Shown here in pieces: positions 61,723 through 64,000 of a stretch of 64,000 nt of DNA. This DNA comes from Squalus acanthias. Taxonomy: Eukaryota. The notes under the pieces were generated by a model. That model searched no databases. It was not told where the DNA came from and was given only the letters and a program-made list of their open reading frames with translations. Position 1 is the stretch's first letter. The number at the start of each line of letters is the position of its first letter. The position numbers were made by a program, and so were the translations under genes. The stretch is taken from positions 146,074,001-146,138,000 of the forward strand of contig CM059431.1 in the NCBI GenBank assembly GCA_030390025.1. Direction: 5' to 3'.

Positions 61723-62171
61723 AGAGTGTCCAATACCCCAACCAGAGAGAGAGAGAGAGAGAGAGAGACTGAGAGAGTCCAATACCCCAACCAGAGAGAG
61801 AGAGAGAGAGAGACTGAGAGTGTCCAATACCCCAACCAGAGAGAGAGAGAGAGAGAGAGAGACTGAGAGAGTCCAATACCCCAACCAGAGAGAGAGAGAG
61901 ACAGACCTTCCTCGTTTTGCTTTTAATTGAGTTTACCTGCCGCGCTGGCTCCTCTTCCTAATCACTGTTTAACCCCCACTTTTTCTCTCTTTCCCCCGGT
62001 AGGTGGGTGGGGTACGAGTACCCTGGTTACCGTGGCTACCAGTTCCTGCTGGAGAAGGGGGAGTACCGACACTGGAACGAGTGGGGCGCCCGCCAGCCTC
62101 AGATCCAGTCCATGCGCCGAATCCGTGACCAGCAGTGGCACCCCCATGGGTGCTTCACCGTCACCAACTAG
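47791..62171 (+). CDS. crybb1l1: Basic beta-crystallin (beta-B1-like, probably the fish crybb1l lineage), 213 aa; join(47791..47868,49388..49506,51171..51303,55228..55370,62003..62171)
   Basis: Five GT-AG exons (78/119/133/143/169 bp) splice in frame to [213 protein letters not shown]. The C-terminal arm (RRIRDxQWH) is typical of beta-B. The exact paralogue is less certain. Confidence 0.93.
48256..49300. repeat. 42-bp CR1-derived minisatellite (beta-B intron 2)
   Basis: About 25 units of GGAACAGGAGGAGGCCATTCAGCCCCTCGAGCCTGTTACACA. Confidence 0.95.
49388..49506 (+). CDS. crybb1l1: beta-B crystallin Greek key 1 exon
   Basis: ccccag|ATG TTT ATC...GGA CC|gtaagg. Confidence 0.95.
49900..50597. 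repeat. 33-bp minisatellite derived from a Deu-SINE segment
   Basis: Unit CTGCCCCTCCGACAGTGCAGCGCTCCCTCAGTA, contiguous with a SINE remnant. Confidence 0.88.
50600..51030. repeat. G-rich minisatellite (inverse of the 51310 array)
   Basis: GGGGAGAAGGTGGGTAGGTGGGGTT units. Confidence 0.85.
51171..51303 (+). CDS. crybb1l1: beta-B crystallin Greek key 2 exon
   Basis: tttcttgcag|G TGG...CGT ATG|gtatgc. Confidence 0.95.
51308..53292. repeat. 33-bp C-rich minisatellite
   Basis: About 60 units of CCTCAACCCCACCTACCCACCTTCTCCCCGATC. Confidence 0.95.
53370..54245 (+). mobile_element. CR1 LINE fragment with an internal 51-bp tandem x4
   Basis: [15 protein letters not shown] repeated four times. Confidence 0.85.
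54440..55150 (-). mobile_element. CR1 LINE 3' fragment
   Basis: Same subfamily as 25-571. Confidence 0.9.
55228..55370 (+). CDS. crybb1l1: beta-B crystallin Greek key 3 exon
   Basis: ctcccag|GAT CCG...GGA AC|gtgagt. Confidence 0.95.
55445..61903. repeat. 6.4-kb compound (GA)n / GTCCAATACCCCAACCA satellite filling beta-B intron 5
   Basis: Direct inspection. Confidence 0.97.
62003..62171 (+). CDS. crybb1l1: beta-B crystallin Greek key 4 (terminal) exon
   Basis: Polypyrimidine tract and ggtag|G TGG GTG GGG TAC; TAG at 62169-62171. Confidence 0.95.
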
Positions 62172-62972
62172 AGAGCACCGGGTACGGGCGAGGGGGTTAC
62201 TGGGGCTACAGGAGGTACGGGTGGTAAAGGGGGAATAGGGGTCCTGGGTGATCTCCGGCGGGGGGCTGGGTTTTACAGGGATACTGGGGATTCAAGGGTA
62301 CAAGGTACAGAGGCACTGGGGGCATTCAGGGCACTGGGGTTACAATACTACTGGGGGTTCAGGGCACTGGGGGCTCACGGGCACAGGGGTTTCAGGGTCA
62401 CTGGGTTTGTAGGGGCATTGGGCTTCAGGGCCACTGGGGGTATGGGGCACTGGGGATACAGGGGTACTTGGGTACGGGGTTACTGGTGGTGGAGGTAACA
62501 GGTGTTTGGGGGGGTTACAGGGGACACGGAGGTGACAGGTGGTTTTGGGGGGTGGGTACAGGGGGACATGGGGCGACAGATGGTTGGGGGGGGTTACAGG
62601 GGACACGGAGGTGACAGGTGGTTTTGTGGGGTGGGGACACGGGGTGACATGTGGTTGGGGGCGGGTACAGGGGACACAGAGGGGACAGGTGGTTTTGGGG
62701 GGCGGGTACATGGGCTGACGGCTGCTTCACCATCACTGATTAGGCGGGGAGGGGGTCAGGCTCGGGGGAAGGGGTACGGGAGGGGGTGGGAGGCAGGGGC
62801 ACCCAGCAGGGAGAGAGCGAGATTAACGGAAGATGGCCGCACATCGACCGGACCCGCGAGAAGGGGAGGGAGAATCCACCCGCCGAATCCTCTGGATACG
62901 CCTCGCTGCCATTGGAGTTTGGTCAGCAGGAGCAGTCGGTGTTTCGAACTGTCATGTGCCGGTAGAACCAGA

Positions 62973-62978
62973 AATAAA
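62973..62978 (+). terminator. PolyA signal AATAAA of the beta-B crystallin gene
   Basis: First AATAAA seen after the stop, in an AT-rich patch following a GC-rich 3' UTR. Confidence 0.6.
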
Positions 62979-63251
62979 GAGTGTTTTAAAATATATTTCA
63001 CAAGCTGGCTCCTGAAATTTCCTGCTTTCCCCTTTCGTTTTTCATCGGCTGATGGGAGACAATCTAACAATTCCAGGGAACAGCCCTCGGGAAATGCCCT
63101 GGGCTTCACAGTCTGAGGACGAGTGTCACTCAGCCAAACCTCAAGCTTTTCGTCCAACGCCAGTGGCAACCCTGTGGACATCTTCAGATTCAGCATCCGC
63201 GCAACTGGAAGCGAGCCTGGAATTAGCGCAACTGGTGGATCTGTGCGCTGC

Positions 63252-64000
63252 CCTCACCTCCGACTCTCCCCACCTGCGGCTCTCCTCACCTCGAAATTTC
63301 CCCACCTCGAACTCACCCCACCTCCGACTCTCCTCACCTCCGACTCTCCCCACCTCCGACCCTCCCCACCTCCGACCCTCCCCACCTCCGACCCTCCCCA
63401 CCTCCGACCCTCCCCACCTCCGACCCTCCCCACCTCCGACCCTCCCCACCTCCGACTCTCCCCACCGACTCTCCACCTGCGGCTCTCCTCACCTCGAAAT
63501 CTCCCCACCTCGAACTCACCCCGCCTCGAACTCACCCCGCCTCCGACCCTCCCCGCCTCCGACCCTCCCCGCCTCCGACCCTCCCCGCCTCCGACCCTCC
63601 CCGCCTCCGACCCTCCCCGCCTCCGACCCTCCCCGCCTCCGACCCTCCCCGCCTCCGACCCTCCCCGCCTCCGACCCTCCCCGCCTCCGACCCTCCCCGC
63701 CTCCGACCCTCCCCGCCTCCGACCCTCCCCGCCTCCGACCCTCCCCGCCTCCGACCCTCCCCGCCTCCGACCCTCCCCGCCTCCGACCCTCCCCGCCTCC
63801 GACCCTCCCCACCTCCGACCCTCCCCACCTCCGACCCTCCCCACCGACTCTCCACCTGCGGCTCTCCTCACCTCGAAATCTCCCCACCTCGAACTCACCC
63901 CACCTCGAACTCACCCCACCTCCACCTCTCCCCACCTCCACCTCTCCCCACCTCCACCTCTCCCCACCTCCACCTCTCCCCACCTCCACCTCTCCCCACC
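63252..64000. repeat. 16-bp C-rich minisatellite CCTCCGACCCTCCCCG
   Basis: Tandem units to the window end. Confidence 0.93.

Noticed and set aside
55110..61884. 1800-2200 aa Ser/Leu ORFs
   Set aside because: They are translations of the (GA/TC)n satellite, antisense within a crystallin intron.

Overview
This is vertebrate genomic DNA, almost certainly from a cartilaginous fish (shark-type CR1 LINEs, HE1/V-SINE and Deu-domain SINEs). It is very repeat-rich and has a 500-N assembly gap at 22977-23476. Three host genes can be read exon by exon. (1) The last two coding exons of UNC93B1 (+, 23609-24761). (2) A complete acidic beta-crystallin gene (-, CDS join 32493-32443, 31867-31749, 29938-29797, 28229-28087, 26505-26358; 200 aa). 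(3) A complete basic beta-crystallin gene (+, CDS join 47791-47868, 49388-49506, 51171-51303, 55228-55370, 62003-62171; 213 aa). The two crystallin genes lie head-to-head with Maf-site promoters about 12 kb apart. They look more like the fish cryba1l/crybb1l paralogues than CRYBA4/CRYBB1. A decayed Harbinger transposon (transposase plus Myb/SANT gene) lies between the promoters. Left of the gap there is a degraded endogenous retrovirus with an env-PPT-LTR-PBS(Leu)-gag-pro-pol order inside a minisatellite. The window also carries Penelope-like inserts with hammerhead-ribozyme cores, including a ~17-unit tandem array derived from such a core, plus MITEs, solo LTRs and many minisatellites. Most long ORFs in the supplied track are repeat artefacts. 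All family and orthology calls are from motif recognition, not database searches.
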